A stretch of DNA of 45,537 bases, the filler included, from Jimgerdemannia flammicorona (lineage: Eukaryota): NCBI GenBank assembly GCA_003990765.1. It is 2 parts of 2 records of this genome, joined end to end, with 100 filler letters (N's around TTAATTAATTAA, not from the genome) between each part and the next. Parts side by side here need not be neighbours in the genome. Positions count along the whole stretch, not along the records: positions 22,821 to 45,537 come from RBNJ01001219.1; 1 more part is not named here. One strand, given 5' to 3'. How positions within the stretch are numbered: position 1 is the first letter of the stretch; every line of letters begins with the position of its first letter. The notes under the pieces are model-generated. The model was not told where the DNA came from. It saw only the letters and a program-made list of their open reading frames with translations, and made no database searches. Position numbers and translations under genes: made by a program. Below, piece by piece: positions 24,982-37,731 of this stretch.

Positions 24982-27900
24982 CTCCAGTCCTACTCCTCAC
25001 TAATACCAACTCTCTTCCAGGCTTCAGGCCAAAGATCTCCACTCAAACTCCACAAACACTCCATACTATTACCAAGCTGAAAGTTCTCCACCAAAGCACC
25101 ATCTAGCAGTAGCCTGTCCCATTGCCACATCTGTGGTCTCCAATCCTCCTCTCCTTCATCACCCCTCTACCAAAGGCCAATTCTCCTAGCCCCATCCACC
25201 ACCCCCCACCAAAAACTCTTATACTGCATCCTCCTGCTCCCATCCATGGCCACCATCACAAGCAGGTCACCAGAGGCTCCATGGGGGGAATACCAGGCCT
25301 CCCACACCCTCTGCATAAGTGGCACCCACTCCTGACCCCTCAGCTTGCTCACCCTCCTCAGCCACCAGGCCCTCAAGCAATGAAGCCATTTGTGAAGGTC
25401 CACTAAACCCAGTTCACCTCTTTCCACAGGTAGGGTAAGAACCTCCCAGCCTATCTTACTCTGCTGCTCTCCCCAGATCCATGATCTCACCATCTTTAAC
25501 AGCCCCTTGACCACCCAAGCTGGGAAGTCCAGATATTATCTCACATATCACAGCTTTGGCATCCAATACACATTCAGCACCATCACTCTTCCTGTCAAGG
25601 ATATATGTCAACCACCCCAATGCAGAAGTACATTTCCCCACTCTAGAAGTCGTTGGTCCCACCATGTATAGGAGAGAAGTGACCCAAACACTGAGAAGTA
25701 GATCCCCAAGTAACACACTGGCTCTTCTGCTGGCACCACCATTCCAATCATGTTGCCACCAACAATTCCACCACCTAGCACCAGAGTCTTGCATTTGTGC
25801 CATTTAAGTTTAGCACCAGATCCTCTCTCATACCATTCAACAGACCTTTGTAACTCCCCCACATCTGCCAACGAGCCCAGTCCAACCACCATATCATCTG
25901 CAAAGGCCCCCACCTTCCAATTTATCTCTAGAATGTCCTAACCCCCAATTCGATGCCAGATCCTATCCAGTAGGGGCTCCAGGGAGAGGGCATATAAGAT
26001 GGGTAACAGAGGGTCCCCTTGTGGCACCCCATGACCAAGAGGAAAGGCTACCCCGCTGTGGCTATTGACTACTAAGGCTGCCTGACCTTTTTCCAAAAGA
26101 TCAATCAATGACCTGCAGAACCCTGGGGGAATACCAATCCATTTCAATACTCCTTCTAGCCAGATCCTCCTCACTCTATCATATACCTTCTCCTGATCCA
26201 AAAAGACCAATTGGCCTCCACTCCTGTAGTCTGAGCTCCTTCAATCACACCATATACCCAAGATGTCCCATTACGGATCAACCAACCACTGACAAATCCT
26301 TATTGCTCCACACCAAGCATTTGCTGAGCAATTCCCTGCAGCCTCAACACCAATATCTTGGTCACTAGCTTGCAGTCCATGTCAAGCAGCATGATTGGCT
26401 GCCAGTTCTTCCGATCTTCCCATCTCCCCTTATCCTTATAGAGCAAAGAGACCAGCCCTAGGTACTGACCCCCAATCCAAGTTCCTGACCAAAGAACCTC
26501 TCTACACATATCCATCATTTCCACCAATATGTATCTCTCTCACCCCAGCCATCTTCTTCCAAAAGTCCCAGGGAAGACCATCCTCCCCCAGAGCCATCCC
26601 CTTACCATTAGAGCCAAAACCTTGCATATTTCATCTCTACTCACCAGGTCCCCCAAAGACCCCAGGCCCATAGCAGGGTCCAGATACCAATCCCCCAGCT
26701 GTCTCTCAATGGTCAAAGCATCCTCCCCCCCTTCCTCCTCACTCCACAGATCCTCCAAATGAGTTCTCAGCAATCCTAGAATTGCTGGAGTCCCCACCAC
26801 CATCTCTCCATCCACAATCCACACCCAGTATGCCATCCCACTGCTGCTTTATTTCTCATGCTTGTAACATCTGCAATAAAAACCTAGTAGGCCTTTCTCC
26901 CTCCTCAAGCCCCTACCATCACAGCCATGCCACCATCCCCTTCAGTCTAACTTTCTTCTCTATTCATAACACTTCCTTAAGCTCCACCACTTCCTTCTGG
27001 ATCCTCACAATATGCTGGTCATTTACCTCCCAATCCTCTGGCACCTCTGCCCATCTCCCCATGACTGCCACTAATTGCTGCGAGGCCCATAGTACCCTCC
27101 GCTGTCACTGGGCACATCTTCCTTTCTCTGCTTCCCTCCAGTACTCAGTACTCACCTTCAGCCTCCTCCAGTAGTCCCCTATCACCAGGCCCCGGTCCTG
27201 CTACCTCCCAATATTCCCAATAACCTTCTTTTCTCAGTCTGCCCACATAACCCCATCCTCCAACAAAGAAGCATTGAGTCGCCAATGTCCAGGCCCATCT
27301 CCACTTCCCCCAAACCTCCCCCCTCCTAACAGACCCCAGTGATCTGACCACAGACACCAAACCTCCTCTAGTATTGTCCAGACATCCTCTCTCCAGCAAT
27401 CCACTGTCAATATCCAGTCAATTCTTGAGTCCAGCCCTGCTGCCCAGTGAGTATAAATGCGATGATTATTCCAAAACCATCTCCCTGAATCAACCAAAGA
27501 ACTCAGCCTCTCCACCTCCAACCAGTCATCCAATCTACCACTCTAGCTCCTCATTCCTCTCCCTCTATCTGTCCTGTCCTTCTCCTAATTCCATACCATA
27601 TTGAAGTCACCCTCCAGGCAGTCCAACCCAATCTTGCCCAAGACACTCATCTCTTTCAAACTGCTAATCCAATCTACTCATTCTCTTCTCTCTGCTGGAC
27701 AGCAACACAACCCCACTATCAATGGGCTCCATCCAGGCCTCTTCCACACTCCTCACACCAACTGAGACCCCCAATGTCCAATGTCCCCAATGCCCCCCAT
27801 CCCTTTTTGAACAAGGATACCCACTCTCCCCATCCATACCACAGCCCCCCCCCATTCCCTAGTCTAATTCTGTAAGTCCACATCCTCTTCATAATGAACA

Positions 27901-28019
27901 TCCTGCAGCAAGAAGAGTTCTGTATCCAGTCCCTTTAGCTATCCAAATATGTACCTCCTCCTAGCCACTCACCATAACTCATTTACATTCAAAGAGAATA
28001 TTCTAGTTGTACTATTTAT
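24982..28019 (-). pseudogene. LINE ORF2 (AP endonuclease and reverse transcriptase)
   Basis: Track ORFs 27234-27533, 26300-26527, 25938-26210, 25608-25913 and 25167-25514 carry consecutive motifs. Confidence 0.93.
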
Positions 28020-30050
28020 ATTGAAAAATTGTTTGAATTTGAGATCTCAGCCTAGTATTCCATGCTCATCTCATCCCCAGCCAGATCCAGGCACCTCTCA
28101 GCTTCCAAGTCACCCTCTGCAACAGCCTGAGCATCCAATGCCTCTAAGATTTCCTGACATTCCACCCCATCCACCACCTCCATCTCCGACCAGTAGTCAG
28201 TGCAGACCACCCTCCACTTTTCCAATCTCTTCCTCAAGCCCCACAAGTACACTGGGTGGTCATTCACAATCCCCCTAAGTTCCTTCTCTCTCTGATCATC
28301 AACTTGGTATTCAATGGACTCCAAAAAGAACTACCAGGATCTCATTCCTCACCTTCCTCAGTACCTCCTCACCTTAAAGGATTTCCTCTCAATGCCTCTC
28401 TTCTATAACCCAGAAGTCCTCTCTCTCCAGCTCCTCCACTGCTACCCCCTTCAGAGTCTTCTACAGCCACTTCTCCTCATCCACTGCCTCTGCCACACTC
28501 TGGGCAACCTGACCACCCCCCACCTTGGGGTCCACCAATACACTCCTCCTCACTGACTCATTCCACTCCTCATCTAGTATATCCAGCAAATCCTCCTCCC
28601 CCTCTGCCCCATCTGGGATACTATACTGAGGGTGCACTCCATTGCTCATTTCCACATTGACCTCCACACTGTCTACCCTCTCCTTTCTCAATCCATCCTG
28701 TGCCCCACCTTGGGCCATCCTGCTTCCCCCTGTCCAGGCACTCTTCTGTGATCCCACTTTCCCATCCCCTATGCTGCTGTCCACTCCACTGTCTCCCAAC
28801 TTTGCCAGTAGCTTCTTCTGGATTCTCCTCCTCTGTATCTTCGCCCAGGTCACCTGATCCATCCTGACCCTCTTTCTATCAACTACTTCTACCACTGTCC
28901 TGGCCTCATACTCCTTCCAAGCCAATCTCCTCCTCTTGACCACTCCTTCCAGGTCCTCCAAAGTCTCAAGCAAGTCTTCCTCCTTCCAGAGTCCTCTTCA
29001 CCCTCATGACCTTATACTCCACCAGTCTCCACTTCAGAGCTGCTGGCCAGTCCCTTGTCTTCCCCATGTTCTCTTTTCCAGTCAGCCTCACCTGGACATT
29101 AACATCACCAGTCCAAAGCTCTGTACCCTCCCAGACCTTGAACCCAATATCCACAATCTCCCCATACTCCTTGACTGCCTCCACAATCAACTCCCTAGCC
29201 CTCTCCCTTGACACCATAGGCAAATCCAACACCATCAACTGCACCACTCAGAGGTCCCAGTATATACATCTGGCCATAGGGACCACAACTCTGCCCACTA
29301 TCACCCCCTTCTCCATAGCTACCAGCAATACTTCTTCTTCCTTGAACCCTACCTTGACCCCTTCTTTCATCTTCAAAAACTTCACTGACACTGCCCCTTT
29401 CGTCTTCTGCACCACCAGCCTCAAGATCACTCTTGCAGTTACTGCCAAGTCTCTGAAACACATTGTGATAGCAAATTTGGACCTTGATTTCTTGAGTAAT
29501 GGTGCCGATACCATGCCTGTCACCCCATCTGCCAGATTCCTGGGCCTCATGCCCACCCCCTGTCCTGAACCAGTAACTGCTGTCACATCTGGATTTTTTG
29601 CCAGATCTCCAGTCACAGCCCCATCAACAATCACATCTCCAGCCCCTACTCACCCCCCTCCCCTACCACTGGACACTCCTCTGAGCACTCCTCCCTATCC
29701 CCCAGCAGCAGCTGTCGACACCTTTCCCAGGCCCAGCCAACTATCCAGACTAGAGACCATTTTCCCCATCTTGACTGTATCAGCAAAGATCAACCTCTCT
29801 TATCCTCTCTGCCTCAGGCCACCCCTCCCTCTACCACCAGAGCCTTGGCCAGCCATCGAGGCCCCTGGCATCTCCAAACCATCTCCCCTCCTTCCTACTT
29901 GCTGCCAGCCAAAGGCACCACTGCTCCCCTGGCCAGAATGCTCACCAGATCAATTGTTGCCATCCGTGTTGATAGTCATCTATCACCAAAAACATTGTTA
30001 AAAGTGTTGTCTGAGTCTTGTGTCACCTGAATGTTACCAGTGCAAGGTAC
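24982..30050 (-). mobile_element. L1/Tx1-like LINE with intact 5' end, decayed; 3' end replaced by a younger LINE
   Basis: ORF1 at ~28461-29963; ORF2 with APE motifs SRIDWIL and SDH, RT motifs FLDQEKVYDRV, GVPQGDPL and GAFADD, then LPVERGELGL. Confidence 0.93.
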
Positions 30051-31000
30051 CATATATGAGAGCTATTTATTATATTAATAATAGAGTTCTTATATATATC
30101 AATATATTACTCAAAATCATTAAAGAAAGTAATGATTAAATTATTAGAGATATATCTATAGAATACTGGTAGTCTCATTTCTATCTTATCTAGATATCTT
30201 GATTCAGTTTGAAAGAGTTTGCATGGTAGTCGTTATTTGTCATTTAGTATAAAAGTGAGAAATTTACCTTAAATAGCCAGCTAATAAATATCAAGTTATA
30301 TGTACTAGAGTAGATATGTATTCTTAAATATATAGCAGATTTCTTTATCTTAAATACTTAATCTTCTTTAACTCTTCAGAGTTCTCAGAGTATATATAGA
30401 ATGGATAAGTTTGAAGTATATCTGTCTATAAACTTACATACTGGTTCTCTTGTCTCTTTATTTTAAAATATTTTAATATGAGATTACTTTACCTTAGATA
30501 CTAAAGATATTTATATCAATTTACTAGCTATATATTGGCTAAGTTAAGAAATTCTTTTTCTATTCTATATAATCTATATAATTGTGAGTTTTATACAAAT
30601 TGTATAACTGTGAGATCAAGTAACTACAAACTATAATTCTATATTATATTGAGAATTGAATTTATATGCTATAATCAAATATCTATTTCCTGATTACTTC
30701 TAATTTATATCAATTATCACAATATAAAAATATAAATAACTTCTTCTGACTCACTATATTAACTAAGTATTCTTCACTGAAATATTTAAAATATTGATAT
30801 TATTACTTAAGTAATTCTGAAAAATAATATAATTTCTGATATTTTATAATATAAAAATATATTGGCATTATAAATAAGAGATAGGAAATCAGTTTTGATT
30901 ACTTACAATTTAACTTTATGAGACCACTTATTTAATATTGTATTTTTCACTTTTAACTTTTCTTAAATATTGTAAGATCTTGTATAAATATTCAATGATC
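30051..31000. other. Very AT-rich, CpG-poor relic sequence, probably an old decayed repeat
   Basis: Composition only; no motif recognised. Confidence 0.4.
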
Positions 31001-31109
31001 TTGCAAATAGTTAGCTTTTAGATCCTCACTGTTATGGGTGCAAGCAAATCTATTGTTAGACAGACTTTGACCAATACCCAGCACATACAACAACAACAAT
31101 TCAACTGCT

Positions 31110-31600
31110 TACCTTCTTTGCTTCCAGCTCTTCCCGATCATCTTCCTTGCCTTCCTCCTCGGTAGGGGTTTTGCACCTGAAGGCATGCCTTGAGCCCCCA
31201 TACCAGCATCGGGTTCCCGCTGCCATCTCTACGCCAATGTCGACAACGTTCCCAATTTCGGCCCTCCCGGCTTGGGAACAAGTTCCAATCCTTAGCCCTT
31301 ATTTCCGCGGAAACAATATGAAAGAGAGGTACGGCAGATTTATGCATTACAACTATACGAATTACCTAAAAACTGATACCGGATAACCAACATATTCTGG
31401 AAATTCTTGATGCTCTAGAATAACGTTTTCGACCTTACGTGAAGGTTCGCCAGCTTCATCCAGGATCCGGAGGTATACTTTATATGTGAGTGGGGTTGAG
31501 CAGAAGAATAATGAGTGAATAGATAATGATGTGATTGAAATTTGTGCAGGAATTTCGGTGACCACCAAGTTCATACCAGTTATCGGATGCACTTTATCAT
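31110..31600 (-). other. Possible exons of an unidentified host gene or pseudogene
   Basis: Protein-like KVYLRILDEAGEPSRKVENVILEHQEFPEYVGYPVSVF and ..TPTEEEGKEDDREELEAKK, each followed by a GTAA donor-like site; CpG intact. Confidence 0.35.
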
Positions 31601-31799
31601 CTACCTCTTAAGCAGTATGGTTAGAGCCGCATTTTCCATTTGGACCGCCTTCGACTTCCGCACAACCCATCCTTTCCCTTTGGCTCCCTTGAGGAGAGGC
31701 CCCTGGTATTTAATACGAAATAGCTATACATTACGAACTATACGGGATCCAGGTTACTCAGAATCATCGATACGAGACAATCCTATAATATTAAAACCA

Positions 31800-32320
31800 C
31801 CTGAGACAAATGTACAAGTCAATCCCCTAATTTTAAAATGACCTTGTGCATTGGGGATCCGGGATTTCTGCGACTGGGATCGCATCTCGAGCCGATAGAT
31901 ATTCCTTCCGACTCGGACGAGATTGAAAGATGTTGTCCACAGCCTTAAATTTCTTCCACAATGCAGGTATTCCTTGTAATTTGGGTCATCGTTGCGCGGC
32001 TCCTTCCAAGGCCTGGACCCAGTAACCAACTCGAAAAGAATATTCCGAGAGCCCATATGCCACTGGAAAACGCTCCCCAGTTTTCAGGCTCGTCGGAAAG
32101 TATTTCCGGCTTATGTAGAGCTAAGAGCTGCCATTATAACTTGACGCAGGGTGGAGCGCAGATCCTTGGACACACGGTCCATAACAAGCATGATCCGATG
32201 ATCGTCCTCAATCGCGCTGAGGATCCTTCGCCCGGACATGAGATAGTTGCGTCCAATCTCTGCACGGAGGTCCCTTAGTTCCTTAAAATATTTTATCAAA
32301 TTTGCACTATATAATTGAGC
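31800..32320 (-). pseudogene. Ser/Thr protein kinase-like fragment
   Basis: IEDDHRIMLVMDRVSKDL (subdomain V-like) and ILFELVTGSRPWKEPRNDDPNYKEYL (IX-X-like). HRD, DFG and APE motifs not found; in-frame stops present. Confidence 0.55.
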
Positions 32321-32718
32321 TTGGATTTATAACAATAAAAAAAAAAAAAAAGAGAGGAGAGCGGAGTTTGAGCGTGTCCTGACAAATTCCATCACATATA
32401 AATTTGAGAAGTAGTGGAGAGATCGTTTGTGATACATTTTCGTCTGCTTTGAAAATGACAAGTGAGTACCATGCGATCAAAAAAATATTTAACTGAGCTT
32501 GAATTTTGGAAGAAGACAACGTTATCCGAAAACGTCGACTGTTGTTTTGCCAAATTAACCATGTAAAACGCGTTCAAATTTGCTAATAATATGTATGACC
32601 CTCAAGGTTTCTTTTTACTGATCGTCATAAGACAATAATGAGGTTTATAAGATACCAGCAGGTTTCATCAACATCTATGACCAATTTCAACCATATTTGT
32701 AATCGAATTAGATACCCT

Positions 32719-32980
32719 AATGTCCAGTGTCCAAAGTACCGTACCACCCTCCTATCACTATTTACTTCATAACAATACCTATGTCCAGTGTCCTACGCCA
32801 CCCTCCCATTCTATTTACATCATAACAATACCAATGTCCAGCATGCCACACCACCCTCCCATTCTATTTACATCATAGCAATAACAGTGTCACGTATCAC
32901 CCTCCCAATCCTATATACATTGTAACTATATCAGGATATAGTATCCGGCGCCACCTCTCCATTTCAATTTACATAATCCC
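32719..32980. repeat. ~53-bp degenerate tandem repeat x5
   Basis: Unit ATGTCCAG..CCACCCTCCCATTCTATTTACATCATAACAATACC. Confidence 0.85.
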
Positions 32981-33222
32981 AACCTTCCGCCTTCGCCACT
33001 ACCCAACCAGTTCACCTAGCGACGGCCTTTTCCCCTGCGCCACCTTCAAGAATACGAAGAAAGGAACTCGAGAAAGCATATTGTGAGAATGGTGAACGAT
33101 TTGCAAAATTCTAAACCCCCTTGCCTTCCTCCCTCGTTCCATCCGCCACCCCTAAATGCAAACTCAACAAAATAATTAAAATGCCGAAAAATTCCAACAC
33201 ACACGGCTTACTTACACATGTC

Positions 33223-33496
33223 CTTGGCCCCATGGAGGGTAGTCGATATTCAATGAAGCTGGGGAGCGTGACTTGGCTATAGCAGACACTAGGCAAACTG
33301 GTGCCATGGAACACCCCTTGTGCTTGTGCACCCCAAATATTTTAAATGTCGGGGAGGTCCGACACACCTTGTTTGCCTGCGTACACCCACGCACAATGAC
33401 GTTTCGCTCGTAGTGCTTGGCCCCATGGAGGGTAGTCGATATGCGATGAAGCTGGGGAGCGGGACTTGGCTACAGGAATACTGGGCAAACCGGTGC
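33223..33496. repeat. ~82-bp direct repeat pair, 193 bp apart
   Basis: CTTGGCCCCATGGAGGGTAGTCGATAT..ATGAAGCTGGGGAGCG.GACTTGGCTA at 33223 and 33416. Confidence 0.9.
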
Positions 33497-34526
33497 TCTT
33501 TCAAAGGGTGTATCCACTTTGCTCGACGAGGTGGTTCTTGAAGGCGTAAAGGCGGGTTTACAAGCCTTAATTATTATTTTCTTTTGCTGAAGTGGTCACG
33601 TGCCTTTTCAAAGTCACCAACACGTCATCATCGTATCAATACTGACAGAGAGGTATAGATGACGGATACATTTATAGAAGTGGGGCCTCAAACCGGAACA
33701 GTTTTCTCAGGAAGCTTGGTGGGAACGATATTTACATCTAGAGTTGAAAACTGATGCAACCTTGCAACTCCACAGACAATCTTTCAAACAATAAGAATAA
33801 TTATTTCAATGCCACAACATATTAAAAGTAGTGCCGCGGGTATTTTCCTCACAGCTATCATAAACATTCGTCGTTCTTTATTCGCAGTACAATAAGTGAC
33901 AATGCCATTTTCATTTAGATCGAACTGGGAATAGAGCGGCGACTTTTAAGGGTAACTGATAATTAGTGACGTCAGCACTAATGCAGTATTTATTTAAGCC
34001 ACAATTACTAAACATTTCCGCACGAGAAATCCCGGATAATCCAAATAGGAAATGCAGACAAAAACAAATAAATATGAAGCCCTATATCTGGAGGCATTTA
34101 TCAGTCTGAAAATCACTTTCAGTATTTCAAATAATATATAAAGGAGAAATATATCAAAAAGAATACTAAGTACTAATATGAGATATTAGTTAAATATATT
34201 ATTCATATTTTGCCTTTGAAAGGTACTTTGTTATTAAATCCACTAATTCTAGCCATATATGTAGTACCATTTTTATATATTTATATAAAAATTAAAACTA
34301 TAAATCAATTTATTATATATTATTATAATATATATGTATTTTTTTTCTTTTTTTTGGTTTCTTTATATCTATTATTCTATCTCTTTATTACTATTCTCTT
34401 TGTTAACTTTTTTATCATTCTCTACTATAATTATATAATAATTAATTATAAAAATATTTATTAAAAATATACTATTAATATTCTATTATTAATATTCTTA
34501 TATTTATTTTTATTTTTTTAATTATA

Positions 34527-35345
34527 TATATATATATAATCTCTAAGCTATTAAAATTATATAATATCTCAGAACAATCCAGAAATCATATATAAGATCA
34601 TAAAGCTAAGTTAGTTCAAAATCATGAAATACAAGATTATAAAGCTGAGTCAGTTTGAATTTAAGAAATATAAAACTTACAAAAATAGAATCTTACTAAT
34701 CAAGATTGAGGACATATATATATATTAGATATATATATATACTATATACTGAAACAGAGAATTATAATAAATAACAACCATATCTCCCAAATATATCCTC
34801 TATCATAACTACTGAAATCTATAACTATATCTGTATTAATATTTGGAATATTATTATTAACTATATTATAGTATCTCTATCTCTCAAGAATATCTAAAGT
34901 TTTGATCTCTTCTACTGATCCATAGAATCAGACAAATCTCAAGCTACTATCAAATTAGCTATCTTCTTAAAGATATAGTTAATCAATACTATAATTTAGA
35001 TATTACTAAAATATCTTAATATTAGAAAACTATTATATATAAATACTGAGAACTCTTTTATAAGAATAATATCTTTATTCTCTGCCTTTAAGTTACTATC
35101 ACCAAAATGATTATCACACTGACCTATAGCCAAATTGATAATATATATAGTATAAGAACTAAATCAGAAATATATTAAGTATGTCCAAACTACTGACAGA
35201 TCCTTTTTGCATCTAGATGACCATATTCTGCATATGCCTTAAGTTAGATATACTATAAAGAACATTTATAATATAATTTAGTTTAATAATAATAAAGCAA
35301 ATGACAATAATCTCTCTAATATAAAGATGTCCTCTAGCTATAGTA
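34527..35345 (+). repeat. Second, more decayed copy of the family B LTR start and its ORF
   Basis: Aligns to 20310-~21150 (CTCTAAGC, ATAAAGCTGAGTCA, AATATTTGGAATA, GACAAATCTCAA, GTTACTATCAC). Confidence 0.85.
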
Positions 35346-36061
35346 TATTTTAAAACTAAATCAATGTTTTAATAAATTTTATATTTTAATTATTTAAGTA
35401 AAAATACTCTATATAAATATATTTTATATTATATATTATAGTTTTATTTTAGAGATATTATAACATGCCTGGCTCAATGGAGGCAAATTACAAGGTTTGG
35501 GGTTGATGTAGTTTGGCTTGAGCCCACAGTTACTTTGTCAAAAGCAACAAAATGTTCTAAGATTCCTGAGGTCCTTGTTGGTGTTTGGTGGTATAATAGT
35601 CAAGCTGGATATCTGTAAGTGATTTTCTTATTGGGAAGATTCTCTAGGGATTGTGGTGATTTGTGTCTTTTCATCTTAGGTCAACTAGGAATGGTAGAAT
35701 TTCGTATATAGTGTGACGACCTTTATGTGTGACAGTCTGGTAATTTAGTGGTTCTCCCTCTTGGGTAGTAGTGATCTCTGCATGATGGTCTCTGTATAGC
35801 ATGATGATTTCCAAAAGTATGTAATTTCTGGCAGGATGATTTTGGTGGACTTCTTGATTTGATACAGGTTTTCCAAAAGTGGCAGGCTTCTTGAATATCA
35901 TGGATTCTTCTTACTGGGAATTATACTGGCAGCAGATACCTTAATAACTCAGGTTCACTGAGAACAGTGGATAACTTCAGATGTCACAGATTTTTCCTGA
36001 ATCAGCTTCAACTGAGAATACTACTCAGATTCTTGGCAAGTTATGTTAAAGACTGGCTTCA

Positions 36062-37254
36062 CGGCTCCTTTCTCCACTACCTTACCAGTCACAAGGTTTG
36101 GTAGGTGACCTTCCAAGTCCCCTTTCCCCTAATATTACCCTCTCTACCTCGGGTTGGTTTGCTGTGCCTGCAGAGGCATGGTGAGAGGAGAGCAATGGTG
36201 ATGAGTTGCCTCTTTATCAGTGTTGGATCAGTGCTTCCACCACTTTTTCACAGATTCTGGTGCCTTCAGCTACATCTGGAGTGTACCTGTTTTGGTGTGG
36301 TACCTTCTTCCTTTTGCTGTCACCAATAAGGAGTTGTCTCAGTATATCTCAGGCTATGTAGAGAGTCAGCCGACCTTGGGCATCAAGTACTCAGTATAGG
36401 TTACCTGCAGGTCCTCGGTGCCTGTGGTGGGGCCCTCTGGCTTTGGCGAGCTTACCGGCAAGTGCGGTTCTGGTATAGGTGACTGTTTTTCAGGTGATGT
36501 TGGAATGGGAGGGGAGATGGCCATCACAGATAGGAGGAAGGGTGATTACAGTGAACCAGTAGGGTGCCAGTCTGGGGGCAGTCATTGGGGCTGGGGCAGG
36601 TGCTGCTTCAGTGGGGCCTTTTGATTGGTGCAGTGCAGTTAGGTGGTAGGTGTCACTCTCGGCTTCTTTTGGCGATTCGTGGGGTTGGGCCCCGGTCATC
36701 AGGGGGGGTCAGGGGGCCCAAGGCTACCCATTTCAGGCATCTTGGCTGCACTCAACTGGAACCGGGAGCTGATACAGCAATGTGATCAAGGCCTGCAGGC
36801 TTGAGTAGTGGGGTATTGGGGGTCTCCTCCCACCTCACATGTAAGTTCTCTACTCACCTCGACTGGGAGAACCAGGCCCTACCCACCATATTGTGCTTTG
36901 ATGAGGGTTTTTTCTTTGCCTGTCATTCTCTTTGGGGTGGCAGGGGCTATTCTATTCAGCTTGGGCATGGCCTTGTATATACATTGGGTTCATGGGCATA
37001 CACTTTTGGTCATTGGCATATGGCTGAGTTTCCCCTGGTGGTAGGGAGAGCATAGTGTGCAGAATGAGGTGTGGGCTACTTTGCCCTGCTGCGTCTGGCA
37101 TGGTCGAGCTGCTGGACAATAGCTAGCCTAGGTTAATGGGGGGGCAGTGCTTGATGGATGGTTGGGGAGGGTTTTGGCCTATATAGTCTAGGTTCTCTTC
37201 CAATAAAAATCTGCAGGACATAGAGTCTGTAAAACAAAAAAAAAACAAAAAATC
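36062..37254 (+). mobile_element. Polyadenylated non-LTR retroposon (copy 2) with TSD
   Basis: AAAGACTGGCTTCA at 36048-36061 and 37255-37268 (single copy in the empty LTR at ~961-974), AATAAA at 37202, A-rich tail at 37231-37252. Confidence 0.92.
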
Positions 37255-37672
37255 AAAGACTGGCTTCATTGGTATGGAGTTATGTTATAGACTAGCTCTA
37301 CTCTGAAGTTGTGTCAGAAAGACTGACTTGTAGCAAGAAAGTTGGGTTCTCTGGGAATGCGGTGAATGACTTGAAAATGGTGAATAACATAAATTCTTCC
37401 TGAATCAGCAAAGTTCTTGAAAATGGTGGCTTATTCCTTAAGTGGCAGATTACTCAAAAGGCAGTGAAGTTCTTCCTTGAACTTGGCAGTAAGTCTTCAG
37501 GCTTCATATTGGAAAGTAAACTAGAGTGAAAAGGGAACCAATGCTCAATCTTTAAAGGCTTCTTTGGTATTTGTATTTCAGACTGAGGTTTATTCACTCT
37601 TGTCTCTGGGGTATTTTATATATTGTGGTTGCTATCTGGTTGCTATCTGACTAACTATAGAATGCTATTTAT

Positions 37673-37731
37673 AGGGTGACATTCACTGTAAGGGTGACAG
37701 CTACTATCAGGGTGACAGCCACTATCAGGGT
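37673..37731. repeat. 18-bp tandem repeat x3.3 in LTR U3
   Basis: AGGGTGACA at 37673, 37691 and 37709; AGGGT at 37727. Confidence 0.85.

Noticed and set aside
31362..31500. Faint resemblance to an Hsp90 N-domain segment (..YVGYPVSVF)
   Set aside because: Too few matches and no other Hsp90 motifs nearby.
32719..32980. CRISPR-like array
   Set aside because: Degenerate tandem units with no unique spacers, no cas genes and a eukaryotic context.
34210..34464. 84-aa hydrophobic ORF
   Set aside because: Low-complexity product of AT-rich decayed DNA.
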